Both the position numbers and the translations under genes were made by a program. Of a DNA stretch of 64,000 nucleotides, positions 30,347 through 39,960 are shown piece after piece. The stretch's first letter is position 1. Each line of letters begins with the position of its first letter. Under the pieces are notes generated by a model. That model did no database searches and was not told the origin of the DNA. It saw only the letters and a program-made list of their open reading frames with translations. This stretch comes from Actinomycetota bacterium (lineage in GTDB: Bacteria; Actinomycetota; Thermoleophilia; BMS3ABIN01), in contig JAMCPM010000011.1 of assembly GCA_023382335.1 (NCBI GenBank), positions 65,229-129,228 of the forward strand, given 5' to 3'.

Positions 30347-32347
30347 ATGGAGAAAGAAACAAACAGCTTCCAGTTCGTTGAGAAGCCGGCAGTGGAAGAG
30401 GTGGCTTGCGATATCCTCATCCTCGGTGGCGGCATGTCCGGCGCCGGCGCTGCATTTGAAGCCTGCCGCTGGGCTACGCCCAAGGGCCAGAAGATAGTCA
30501 TGGTCGACAAGGCCGCGGTCGAGCGCTCAGGCGCCGTCGCCCAGGGTCTTTCCGCCATCAACACCTACATTGGCGAAAACGATCCGCAGGACTACGCCCG
30601 CATGGTCCGTTCCGACCTTATGGGCATCACCCGCGAGGACCTCACCCTGGACCTCGCCCGCCACGTCGACGACTCAGTGCATCTCTTCGAGGATTGGGGA
30701 CTCCCGATCTGGAAGAAAGATGACGAGGGTCATTCCATGGACGGAATCCAGGCCCGCGACGCCGGCAAGCCGAAACTGAAAGACGGCGGCACGCCCGTCC
30801 GTTCAGGCAAGTGGCAGATCATGATCAACGGCGAGTCCTACAAGGCCATCGTCGGCGAGGTAGCCAAGAAAGCCCTCGAGCAGAACGCCGCGGCCACCGG
30901 CCAGGCGCAGAACCTCTACGAGCGCGTTTTCTGCACCAGGCTCCTCATGGACTCCAACGAGCCCAATCGCGTCGCTGGCGCCATCGGCTTCAGCGTCCGC
31001 GAAAACAAGGTGTTCGTCTTCAAGGCCAACGCAGTGCTCAACGGCTCAGGCGGCGCCGTCAACGTCTTCCGGCCGCGGTCGGTTGGCGAGGGTCTCGGCC
31101 GCGCCTGGTTCCCGGTATGGAACTCCGGTTCCGGTTATGCCATGGGCATCCAGGCTGGCGCCGAGCTGACCCTGATGGAAAACCGCTTCGTCCCAATGCG
31201 GTTCAAGGATGGTTACGGGCCGGTTGGCGCCTGGTTCCTGTTCTTCAAGGCACAGGCCACCAACGCGCTGGGCGAGGACTACTGCGCCAAGCACGCCGAT
31301 TCCATCCACGAGATGTTCGCTCCGTACGACGAGCCCATGGGCACCAACCTGCGTAACCACGCGGCCATGATCGAGATGAAGGCCGGTCTCGGCCCCATCA
31401 TGATGCACACCGACAAGGCCATGGCCAAGCTGGCTGAGACCATGGACGAGAAGGCCCTCAAGCACCTCGAGGCTGAGGCTTGGGAAGACTTCCTCGACAT
31501 GACCATCGGCCAGGCCGGCCTCTGGGCTGCTCAGGACGTCGAGCCTGACAAGGTGCCGTCTGAGCTCATGCCCTCCGAGCCGTATCTGCTTGGCTCACAC
31601 GCCGGCTGTGCCGGCTTCTGGGTGAGCGGCCCTGGCGACATCGCCGGCGCCCCCGCCGAGTGGTCATGGGGTTATAACCGCATGTCAACCGTGAACGGCC
31701 TGTTCATGTCCGGCGACGTAGTCGGCGCTTCCGGCCACAAGTTCTCCTCCGGCTCACACGCCGAAGGCAGGATCGCCGGCAAGAACATGGTCTCATGGGT
31801 GCTCGATCACGCCGACTACAGCCCGACCGTCAAGGAGAGCGTCGACGATCTGGTGGCCGAGATGTACGCGCCGCTGGAGCTCTACGCCAAGTACAACTCC
31901 TATACGACCGCGCCGAAGGCTGTCGACGTCAACCCGAACTACATCGGCCCACGCTCGCTGCAGTTCCGCCTGATGAAGATCATGGATGAGTATGTCGGCG
32001 GTGTTTCGACCTACTACACCACCAGCGCCACGCTGCTGGCTGAGGGCCTCAAGAAGCTCGACATCCTCAAGGAGGATGCTGCCCGGATGGCCGCCGCAGA
32101 TCTGCACGAACTGCTGCGCTGCTGGGAGAACTACCACCGCATCTGGGCCGCTGAGGCTCATGCCCGTCACATCCAGTTCCGCGAAGAGACCCGCTACCCC
32201 GGTTACTACTACCGCGGTGACTTCCCGGTCGTCGATGACGAGAACTGGAAGTGCTTCACGAACTCAAAGTACAGCATTGAGAGCAACACGTGGGAGCACA
32301 AGAAGGTCCCGTACGTCGAGCTGGTAGCAGCCCCGACCCCGGCCTAG
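30347..32347 (+). CDS. aprA: Adenylylsulfate reductase alpha subunit (FAD flavoprotein)
   Basis: 666 aa, DILILGGGMSGAGAA FAD-binding motif, fumarate-reductase-type flavoprotein fold. Confidence 0.9.
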   Translation: MEKETNSFQFVEKPAVEEVACDILILGGGMSGAGAAFEACRWATPKGQKIVMVDKAAVERSGAVAQGLSAINTYIGENDPQDYARMVRSDLMGITREDLTLDLARHVDDSVHLFEDWGLPIWKKDDEGHSMDGIQARDAGKPKLKDGGTPVRSGKWQIMINGESYKAIVGEVAKKALEQNAAATGQAQNLYERVFCTRLLMDSNEPNRVAGAIGFSVRENKVFVFKANAVLNGSGGAVNVFRPRSVGEGLGRAWFPVWNSGSGYAMGIQAGAELTLMENRFVPMRFKDGYGPVGAWFLFFKAQATNALGEDYCAKHADSIHEMFAPYDEPMGTNLRNHAAMIEMKAGLGPIMMHTDKAMAKLAETMDEKALKHLEAEAWEDFLDMTIGQAGLWAAQDVEPDKVPSELMPSEPYLLGSHAGCAGFWVSGPGDIAGAPAEWSWGYNRMSTVNGLFMSGDVVGASGHKFSSGSHAEGRIAGKNMVSWVLDHADYSPTVKESVDDLVAEMYAPLELYAKYNSYTTAPKAVDVNPNYIGPRSLQFRLMKIMDEYVGGVSTYYTTSATLLAEGLKKLDILKEDAARMAAADLHELLRCWENYHRIWAAEAHARHIQFREETRYPGYYYRGDFPVVDDENWKCFTNSKYSIESNTWEHKKVPYVELVAAPTPA

Positions 32348-32380
32348 TACCGGTCGTCTCGGTCAGCGCCTGAGTTCATA

Positions 32381-32412
32381 GGGCGGGATAAGCCATCCGG
32401 CTTATCCCGCCC
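32381..32412 (+). promoter_or_regulatory. Perfect 14-bp stem hairpin GGGCGGGATAAGCC-ATCC-GGCTTATCCCGCCC between aprA and qmoA
   Basis: Direct inspection; no U-tract, so it looks like an intra-operon attenuator or processing/stabiliser hairpin rather than a full terminator. Confidence 0.5.
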
Positions 32413-32507
32413 TCAAAACGCCGTGATGCGTTATGAGCAGTGGTTTCGCTGCCCATCACGGATCACGGACGCGACTTTGCGTTTAGAGTCTCACGAGGAG
32501 GGACGTT

Positions 32508-33794
32508 ATGGCAGACAAAGTCTTAATAGTAGGTGGAGGCATGAGCGGCATCAGTACCGCGATTGAGGCCGCCGAAGCGGGCCTGGAAGCCGTCATTATC
32601 GAGAAGAATCCGTATCTTGGCGGCCGGGTGGCGCAGCTTCACAAATATTTCCCAAAACTCTGCCCTCCGTATTGCGGGTTGGAGATCAACTTCAAACGGA
32701 TCAAGCAGAACCCGATGATCAGCTTTTATACGCTCGCAGAGGTTACTAATATCTCCGGCAGCGAGGGAGACTTCAATGTGACGGTCCAGGTCAATCCCCG
32801 TTATGTGAACGAAAAATGCACCGCATGCAACGAATGCATCGAGCAGTGTGGAGCTTCCCGCCCCAATGACTTCAACTATGGCATGGATTCCACCAGGGCG
32901 ATCTACCTTCCCCACGAGATGGCCTTCCCGTTCCGCTACGTAGTCGACAAGAGCGCCTGCGACGGCGGTTGCCAGAAGTGTGTCGAGGCCTGCAAATTCG
33001 ACGCGATCGACCTGAACATGCAGCCTCAGTCGGTAGAGATCAACGCCAGCAACATCGTCTTCGCGACCGGCTGGAATCCGTATGACGCTTCCAAGATCGA
33101 GAATATCAACTTCGCCACTTCACAGAATGTGATCACCAACGTGATGATGGAGCGTCTGGCGGCCCCCAACGGTCCCACCAAGGGCAAACTGGTCAGGCCC
33201 TCCGACGGCAAGGAAGTAAAGAACATCGCCTTCGTGCAGTGCGCTGGCAGCCGGGATGAGAACAATCTCGATTACTGCTCCGCTATCTGTTGCATGGCCT
33301 CGCTCAAGCAGGCAACTTACGTCAGGGACGCTTATCCGGAAGACAGCAAGGTCACGATCTTCTACATCGACCTTCGCGCCGCCGGCAAGTATGAGGACTT
33401 CCTGCAAAAACTGCAGGCGGATGAAAACGTCACCATGACCAAGGGCAAGGTGGCCAAGATCGAGGAAGGCGCCTCAGGAGATCCCACCGTCACCGTCGAA
33501 GATATCCTCGGCGGCGGCAAGATAGAGGCGACTTTTGACATGGTGGTGCTGGCTGCGGGCATGGAGCCTGCCGCCAAGGGCGCCAATATTCCAGCGAATA
33601 TCACGTACGAAGCCAACGGCTTCATGGATGCCGAGAACATGGCCCCGGGCCAGACTGCCTGTGGAGTGGCCCGCAGGCCCGACGATGTCGCCGCCTCTGT
33701 CCAGGATGGAACCTGCGCGGCGCTCAAGAGCCTTCAAAGCAGAGCGGGTTCGACCAAGCCCCTTGAGGCAGTCGAGACGTCGGGAGGTAACTGA
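32508..33794 (+). CDS. qmoA: Quinone-interacting membrane-bound oxidoreductase subunit A (HdrA-like flavoprotein)
   Basis: VLIVGGGMSGISTAIEAAEAG FAD motif, Cys clusters of the HdrA type, 428 aa. Confidence 0.85.
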   Translation: MADKVLIVGGGMSGISTAIEAAEAGLEAVIIEKNPYLGGRVAQLHKYFPKLCPPYCGLEINFKRIKQNPMISFYTLAEVTNISGSEGDFNVTVQVNPRYVNEKCTACNECIEQCGASRPNDFNYGMDSTRAIYLPHEMAFPFRYVVDKSACDGGCQKCVEACKFDAIDLNMQPQSVEINASNIVFATGWNPYDASKIENINFATSQNVITNVMMERLAAPNGPTKGKLVRPSDGKEVKNIAFVQCAGSRDENNLDYCSAICCMASLKQATYVRDAYPEDSKVTIFYIDLRAAGKYEDFLQKLQADENVTMTKGKVAKIEEGASGDPTVTVEDILGGGKIEATFDMVVLAAGMEPAAKGANIPANITYEANGFMDAENMAPGQTACGVARRPDDVAASVQDGTCAALKSLQSRAGSTKPLEAVETSGGN

Positions 33795-33796
33795 TA

Positions 33797-36145
33797 ATGG
33801 CTGATCCAAAACTGGGAGTATACATCTGCACTGACTGCGGCATCGGCGGAGCCCTCAACATCGAGCAGCTCGAGAATGTCGCCAAGAATCAGTACCGTGT
33901 CGAGAACGTTAAATCGGTTCCGTTCCTCTGCAGTCAGGAAGGAACGCAGCTGATCAAGGACGATATCAACAACGAGGGAGTCAACAAGATCGTCATCGCC
34001 GCCTGCTCGGCGCGCGTCCATACCGACGTCTTCGATTTCGACCCCCATCAGTACATCACCGAGCGGGTCAATTTAAGGGAACACATCGTCTGGAGCCAGA
34101 TGGGCGGGGAAGAGGAAGCCGCCGAGGCTTCGGCCGAAGAAGCGGCTGCTGAAGCCCCGGCGGAAGCCGCTGCGCCTGCTACCGAAGAACCGGCGGCTCC
34201 CGCGGTCAACGAGAATACGCAGGAAATGGCCGAGGATCATCTGCGCATGGGCATCGTCCGTGCGCAGAAATCAGAGCCGCCCGAACCGGTCATCAGGGAA
34301 GTCGAGAGGACCGTCCTGGTTCTCGGCGGCGGCGCTACCGGACTGACCGCCGCTCTGGAATCCGCCAAGGCCGGCTACAAGGTCATCCTGGTGGAGAAAG
34401 AGGATTACCTCGGCGGCTGGGCCACCCGGATGTACAAGATCCTGCCGGACAAGGCGCCTTTCGAGGATATCAAAGCCTCGAACATCGACGAAAAGATAAG
34501 CGCCGTCCAGAGCAACGAAAACATCACCGTACTGACCGGCGCCCACGTCGACAAGATCGAGGGCATGCCCGGAGAGTACGACGTCACCATCAGTCATAAC
34601 GGCAGCACCGACACGAATCGCATCGGCTCGGTTGTCTTCGCCATCGGCTGGAAGCCATACGACGCCAATAAGCTCGACAACCTTGGCTACGGCAAGTTTA
34701 AAAATGTCGTCACTAACGTCGAGATGGAAGAGCTGGCGGTAGCCGGAAGCGGCAACGTCAGCAGGCCGTCAGACGGCAAGCAGGCAAAGCGGGTCGCCTT
34801 CCTGCAGTGCGCCGGCCAGCGTGACCCCGAGCATCTGCCTTATTGCTCCTCGGTCTGCTGCATGACCTCGCTCAAGCAGGCTCTCTATGTAACCGAGAGC
34901 GACGCTGACGCCAACGCCTTCATCATCTACAAGGACATGCGTACGCCCGGCCTCTACGAGAATTTCTACAAGGCCGCCCAGAACAACCCCGGCGTCATGC
35001 TGACCAAGGGTGAGGTCACGAGCATCACTGAGGATGGCTCGGGCAACATCATCCTGGAGATCGACAACACCATCCTCGGCGAGAAAGTCCGCGTCGAGGT
35101 CGACATGCTGGTCCTGGCGACCGGCATGGTGACCAACATGCTGCCGGAAGGCGTCGAGAAGGTCACCGAAATGACGCCGGAATACATCGGCCAGTGGAAA
35201 GAGACCGAGACGCAGGACGGCATCATCAAGGAAGTGATCGCCGATCCCGTCGCGCTCAACCTGGCTTACAGGCAGGGCCCGGAACTTCCGTACCTCAAGT
35301 ATGGTTTCCCGGATTCGCACTTCGTATGTTTCCCTTACGAGACCAGGCGCACCGGAATCTACGCGGCCGGAGCCGTGCGGGCGCCGATGACGGCGCTGCA
35401 GTCTGCCACAGACGCGACCGGCGCCGCGCTCAAGGCGATCCAGAGCGTCGAGCTGGCCGCGCAGGGCAAGTCGGTCCATCCGAGATCGGGCGATGAGTCC
35501 TTCCCGGAGATCAATTTCACCAACTGCACCCAGTGCCGCCGTTGCACGGTTGAATGTCCGTTCGGCGTTCTGGATGAGGAAGAGAACGGCACGCCCAAGA
35601 CAAACACCAGCCGTTGCCGCCGTTGCGGCACCTGCATGGGGGCCTGCCCGCAGAGGATCATCTCCTTCAAGAACTACGGCGTCGGCATGATCGCCGACCA
35701 GATGAAGGCGATCAAGGTCCCCGAGGAAGACAGCAAGCCGAGGATCATCGCGCTGATTTGCGAGAACGACGCCTACCCCGCGCTCGATATAGCGGGTCTC
35801 AACCGGATCAAGACCAATCCCTTCTACAGGTTCATCACCATGAGATGCCTGGGCGGGACCAACCTGGTCTGGATCGCAGACGCGCTTTCGGCCGGCATCG
35901 AGGGCTTCCTGCTGATAGGCTGCCGTTACGATGACGATTACCAGTGCCATTTCATCAAGGGAAGCAAGGCGGCCAACGAGCGTCTCGGCAAAGTGCAGGA
36001 GACACTCAGCAGGCTGATGCTCGAATCAGAGCGAGTGACCCAGGTCCAGCTCGCCATGAATGAATGGGACCAGCTGCCCAAGATCATGGATGATTTCGCT
36101 GAGCAGCTGAAAGGATTCGGACCAAATCCATTCAAGGGATTCTAG
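33797..36145 (+). CDS. qmoB: Quinone-interacting membrane-bound oxidoreductase subunit B (HdrA-like plus MvhD-like C-terminus)
   Basis: 782 aa; second FAD motif VLVLGGGATGLTAALESAKAG; ferredoxin CxxCxxCxxxC motifs; Ala/Glu-rich low-complexity insert near residues 100-145. Confidence 0.85.
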   Translation: MADPKLGVYICTDCGIGGALNIEQLENVAKNQYRVENVKSVPFLCSQEGTQLIKDDINNEGVNKIVIAACSARVHTDVFDFDPHQYITERVNLREHIVWSQMGGEEEAAEASAEEAAAEAPAEAAAPATEEPAAPAVNENTQEMAEDHLRMGIVRAQKSEPPEPVIREVERTVLVLGGGATGLTAALESAKAGYKVILVEKEDYLGGWATRMYKILPDKAPFEDIKASNIDEKISAVQSNENITVLTGAHVDKIEGMPGEYDVTISHNGSTDTNRIGSVVFAIGWKPYDANKLDNLGYGKFKNVVTNVEMEELAVAGSGNVSRPSDGKQAKRVAFLQCAGQRDPEHLPYCSSVCCMTSLKQALYVTESDADANAFIIYKDMRTPGLYENFYKAAQNNPGVMLTKGEVTSITEDGSGNIILEIDNTILGEKVRVEVDMLVLATGMVTNMLPEGVEKVTEMTPEYIGQWKETETQDGIIKEVIADPVALNLAYRQGPELPYLKYGFPDSHFVCFPYETRRTGIYAAGAVRAPMTALQSATDATGAALKAIQSVELAAQGKSVHPRSGDESFPEINFTNCTQCRRCTVECPFGVLDEEENGTPKTNTSRCRRCGTCMGACPQRIISFKNYGVGMIADQMKAIKVPEEDSKPRIIALICENDAYPALDIAGLNRIKTNPFYRFITMRCLGGTNLVWIADALSAGIEGFLLIGCRYDDDYQCHFIKGSKAANERLGKVQETLSRLMLESERVTQVQLAMNEWDQLPKIMDDFAEQLKGFGPNPFKGF

Positions 36146-36154
36146 GAGGATAGC

Positions 36155-37543
36155 ATGGCGGACGAAACCGTTGACACAACTGAAGAAAACGTGGGTCCCG
36201 GAGATGAAGCAGCAGCCGGGGCGACAGCAGAAGAGACAGCAGTAACCACGGCTGAAGCATCGGATGCCGCAGGCGAGTCCTCCGAGACAGCTGAAGGGGC
36301 TGCCGCGGCTGGAGAAGCGGGCGCGGCGGAAGGCACAGAGTCGGAAGCAGCGGCTGCGGCGGCAAGAGAGGCCGTCGCCATCACGCCGGATGTCAGCTTC
36401 GTCAAGGAGCTTATCGCCAGTGGCGGCTCTGATTTAAAGAAGTGTTACCAGTGCGCGACCTGTTCGGTGGCCTGCAACCTGACTCCGGACGCGAGCCCCT
36501 TCCCCCGCAAGGAGATGATGTGGGCGCAGTGGGGTCTGAAGGAAAAGCTCATGGGCAACCCGGACATCTGGCTCTGCCATCAGTGCAACGACTGCACGGC
36601 TCAGTGCCCCCGCGGCGCCAAACCGGGCACGGTTATGAATGCCGTCGCCAAGATGACCATAAGCAGATTCTCGAAGCCGGGCTTCCTGACCAAGGGAGTC
36701 GGTAATCCGTCAGCTCTTATTTTGATGATGGCCATTCCCATCGCCATTCTTGCCGTTGCTATCGGAATCTTCGGAAGCTACAGCCCGACTCGCGGCGAGA
36801 TGGTAGACGGCAAGCTCCAGCATGCCGGCGATATCGTCTATGGCCAGTTCCTTGGCCACTGGCCCATCGTCGGTGTCTTCACTTCCTTCTTTGTGCTGTC
36901 GATCATCGTCTTCGCGCTAGGCATACGCAGTTACTGGGGCGCCCTTAAGGCGCACGCGGCGGATGAAGGACAACCGATTGCAGGTTCCGGCTTTGGCAAG
37001 CTGGGCCCGGTGTTCGGTGAGATCCTGACACACAAGCGCTTCGGGAAGTGTGATGAGACCGAGGACAGGAAGACCTCGCATATGTTCATCTTCTATGCCT
37101 TTGCCCTGCTGTTCGGCGCCACGATCGTCTCTACTCTGCTGACGGACGGTCCACTGCTCTGGGGCGGAGAAGGCGTACTTTCGCCTTATCCAACGATCAG
37201 CGTGGTCAAGCTATTTGCTTATCCCGGCGCCATCGCCGGCGTTATCGGCATCGGCCTGATCACGATCAATCGCTTCAAACATCAGGAAAAGCTTGGCGTC
37301 GGCAGCTACTTCGACTGGCTGCTGATCAGCGTTATCATCCTGCTGATGGTAACCGGCATCCTGACCGTCCTCTTCAGGCTCGGCAATATTGGCGTGCTGG
37401 CTTATCCAACCTACTTCGTGCACCTTTCGACGGTGCTGTTCCTGTTCATATACGCCCCGTTCTCGAAGATGGCCCACATGGTCTACCGGACCACGGCCCT
37501 TGCTTTCGCCAGGGTGTCCGGCAGGGACGTCGGCGTAGACTGA
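36155..37543 (+). CDS. qmoC: Quinone-interacting membrane-bound oxidoreductase subunit C (HdrC/E-like Fe-S plus membrane heme-b domain) with about 75-aa acidic N-terminal extension
   Basis: CYQCATCSVACNL and CHQCNDCTAQCP Fe-S motifs followed by 6 TM helices; N-terminus rich in E/A/T/G. Confidence 0.85.
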   Translation: MADETVDTTEENVGPGDEAAAGATAEETAVTTAEASDAAGESSETAEGAAAAGEAGAAEGTESEAAAAAAREAVAITPDVSFVKELIASGGSDLKKCYQCATCSVACNLTPDASPFPRKEMMWAQWGLKEKLMGNPDIWLCHQCNDCTAQCPRGAKPGTVMNAVAKMTISRFSKPGFLTKGVGNPSALILMMAIPIAILAVAIGIFGSYSPTRGEMVDGKLQHAGDIVYGQFLGHWPIVGVFTSFFVLSIIVFALGIRSYWGALKAHAADEGQPIAGSGFGKLGPVFGEILTHKRFGKCDETEDRKTSHMFIFYAFALLFGATIVSTLLTDGPLLWGGEGVLSPYPTISVVKLFAYPGAIAGVIGIGLITINRFKHQEKLGVGSYFDWLLISVIILLMVTGILTVLFRLGNIGVLAYPTYFVHLSTVLFLFIYAPFSKMAHMVYRTTALAFARVSGRDVGVD

Positions 37544-37559
37544 TCAAAATCGCATCTCA

Positions 37560-37597
37560 ACGCGGGCGCTTGCCTGGCAGGCGCCCGCGTTTTTTTG
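37560..37597 (+). terminator. Rho-independent terminator after qmoC
   Basis: CGCGGGCGC-TTGCCTGGCA-GGCGCCCGCG followed by TTTTTTTG. Confidence 0.8.
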
Positions 37598-37632
37598 TTC
37601 ATGCAGCAACAATTCGATTACAATAGGAAACA

Positions 37633-38412
37633 ATGGCCACACTGAACAACAAAGCAGTAGTCCCTACGAAGTTTGAGCTAGACTCGAAGATCCAGTTCCG
37701 CTGTCATAAGGAAATCGCCTGTTTCACGCGCTGTTGCCGCAATATCGATATCCTGCTGACGCCCTACGACGTCATCCGCATGAAGCACCGCCTGAAACTG
37801 TCAAGCACCGAGGTCCTGGCGCGTTATACCCGCTTTGAAGTCGATGACAAGACCACGCATCCGCTGCTGTTCCTGCGCATGAACGAGGATGAGGACCGCA
37901 ACTGTCCCTTCGTCAAGCCCAAAGAAGGATGCACCATCTACAGCGACCGGCCGGCTGCCTGCCGTTACTATCCCGTCGGTCAGGCGACTCACCGGCGCTA
38001 TGCCGACGACGACAAGACTCCGATCCACGATGAATGGTATGTCGTCGTCAAGGAAGATCACTGCCAGGGCTTTCAGGAGAAGAAGGCCTGGACCATCGCC
38101 GAGTGGCGCGATGACCAGGAGGCGGCGCTCTACGACGACATGAACCGTGAGTGGAAGAACATCATGATGAAGCAGGACATCCCCAAGGACAAGATCGACG
38201 AGAAGCGTCAGCAGATGTTCTACATGGCCAGTTACGACATGGACAGCTTCAGGCGCTTTGTCTTTGAAAGCAGGTTCCTGGAAGTGGCCGAGATCGATCC
38301 TGATTCACTGGAGAAGATGAAAGCCGATGACGTCGAGCTGATGAAGTTCGGCTTCGATTACCTCAAGTATCTCTTCGGCATCAGCAAGACCATCCGCGTC
38401 AAGCCCGAGTAG
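37633..38412 (+). CDS. YkgJ/UPF0153-family putative Fe/Zn-chelating cysteine-cluster protein
   Basis: CHKEIACFTRCCRNIDI CxxCxxCC signature. Confidence 0.6.
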   Translation: MATLNNKAVVPTKFELDSKIQFRCHKEIACFTRCCRNIDILLTPYDVIRMKHRLKLSSTEVLARYTRFEVDDKTTHPLLFLRMNEDEDRNCPFVKPKEGCTIYSDRPAACRYYPVGQATHRRYADDDKTPIHDEWYVVVKEDHCQGFQEKKAWTIAEWRDDQEAALYDDMNREWKNIMMKQDIPKDKIDEKRQQMFYMASYDMDSFRRFVFESRFLEVAEIDPDSLEKMKADDVELMKFGFDYLKYLFGISKTIRVKPE

Positions 38413-38854
38413 CAACCTTAATTGTCCTGCCGCGGCTGACCGCGGCAACGATCGCCAGTACCGTTATCGCCGTCACGATCAGCAGTGAAATCACGCACAG
38501 GGGGCATACCGCCCCCAGCACGAAGACTTCGATGTAGGTCAGCGCCAGCGAGATCGCCAGAGCCACCAGCGCCAGCATCACAAGCCCCTGTCCCATTATG
38601 CCCTGCGGTCCCTTGCCCGCGAGCATCAGGCCCGCCACGGCCCCCATGACCATGTATCCTGCCACGCCCAGACCGGCGACGGGGATGCCAGCCACCTCCG
38701 AAAACTGGCTCTGATTCACAGCGGTGCAGCTGACGGTTGCGTTGAAATCGCAGGATGAAGATTCCGCTGTTGAATAATGCCGCTGCAGCGCGTAGCCCGA
38801 ATCGATAATTCCAGCCAGCGTCAGGATGATGATGATAGTGAGGATTGCTTTCAA
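38399..38854 (-). CDS. VKOR (vitamin K epoxide reductase)-family membrane thiol oxidoreductase
   Basis: 4-5 TM helices, Cys pair SSSCDFNATVSC in a loop and CPLC active-site motif. Confidence 0.6.
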   Translation of the reverse strand: MKAILTIIIILTLAGIIDSGYALQRHYSTAESSSCDFNATVSCTAVNQSQFSEVAGIPVAGLGVAGYMVMGAVAGLMLAGKGPQGIMGQGLVMLALVALAISLALTYIEVFVLGAVCPLCVISLLIVTAITVLAIVAAVSRGRTIKVATRA

Positions 38855-38995
38855 GGTTAGCCCCCTCGTGCCCTAAATCAAAGCCATATATATTATCGGC
38901 CGCTGGCTTTCCACAAGCAAACTCTTTAAAATCTTCAAGGTGTCTGTAGCGCCTGTTGTCCGGCCGGCCTGGCCGGAAACGGCGTTAACGTCGGG

Positions 38996-39091
38996 GGAGA
39001 GGTGGCCGAGTCGGCTGAAGGCGATCGCCTGCTAAGCGATTAAGGGGGTTTTAAGCCTCCTTCGAGGGTTCGAATCCCTCCCTCTCCGCCA
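38996..39091 (+). tRNA. tRNA-Ser (anticodon GCU), long variable arm, CCA encoded
   Basis: GGAGAGG acceptor, anticodon loop CUGCUAA, T-arm GGTTCGAATCC. Confidence 0.85.
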
Positions 39092-39094
39092 ATA

Positions 39095-39574
39095 TCAAGA
39101 ACCTCGCGATATGAAGGATGTTCTGCCGCATGTGTCGACACTGATCGGATGTACCGATCGCTGCTGGGTGGCCGGACCGACCTCGACCGTGCAGTTCATG
39201 CAACGCTTGGCTACCTTGGGAATCTCTGACATGCATTCAGGGTATTTGCGCATCGTCTCGTCGGCTGGCTCTTCCTTCTTCATTCTTTCCATCAGCGCGT
39301 TCACGGGCTTGATCACCAGGAAGAAGACAGCCGCGGCTATGATAACGAAAGCAATAATCGCATTGATGAAGTGCCCGTACAGGAACTGGCTGTTGTTGAT
39401 GGTGAAAGTAAGTCCGGAAAAGTCGGGTTTGCCGCCGATTGCAGCGATGACTGGAGTGATGATGTCGGCGACAAGAGCAGTTATCATCGCGCCGAATGCG
39501 GCCCCGATCACGACGGCGACCGCGAGGTCCAGCATGTTGCCCCTCATAAGAAATTCTTTGAACTCCTTGATCAT
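39095..39574 (-). CDS. mscL: Large-conductance mechanosensitive channel with Cys-containing C-terminal extension
   Basis: MIKEFKEFLMRGNMLDLAVAVVIGAAFG... canonical MscL N-terminus and TM1/TM2; C-terminal CMSEIPKVAKRCMNC. Confidence 0.8.
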   Translation of the reverse strand: MIKEFKEFLMRGNMLDLAVAVVIGAAFGAMITALVADIITPVIAAIGGKPDFSGLTFTINNSQFLYGHFINAIIAFVIIAAAVFFLVIKPVNALMERMKKEEPADETMRKYPECMSEIPKVAKRCMNCTVEVGPATQQRSVHPISVDTCGRTSFISRGS

Positions 39575-39800
39575 GGCTTCCTCCTGCCGTCCAGTGTTTG
39601 TCAGTTCAGCACTCACTGAGTTCTATGCCGGAAATTTTTTACCTCCAAAGACGGGATTTCATGCGCGGCCAGCTTCTGTGATCCATCTTTCCAGGTAACC
39701 TGCCGCGCGGGCGCTTCGATATGCAGGAGCTTTCAGGTATACTGTCCCTTGGCTTTTTCGAGAAGTATCGCCCAAGGGCATTGCCATTCTACTTCCATAC

Positions 39801-39877
39801 GCGCCCGTAGCTCAGTTGGATAGAGTGCTTGACTACGAATCAAGAGGTCACAGGTTCGAATCCTGTCGGGCGCACCA
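39801..39877 (+). tRNA. tRNA-Arg (anticodon ACG)
   Basis: GCGCCCG acceptor, anticodon loop CUACGAA, 3' GGGCGCACCA. Confidence 0.9.
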
Positions 39878-39960
39878 CTTTTTTGTTCCGCGGAGAGTTC
39901 CTTCCTGGTAAAAAACATCTCCGTCTCGCTTTATTCCCGCTTTGTGTTAGTCTTGCCTCC

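Noticed and set aside
34769-35950. 393-aa minus-strand ORF
   Set aside because: Antisense to qmoB with no domain signature; a high-GC artefact.
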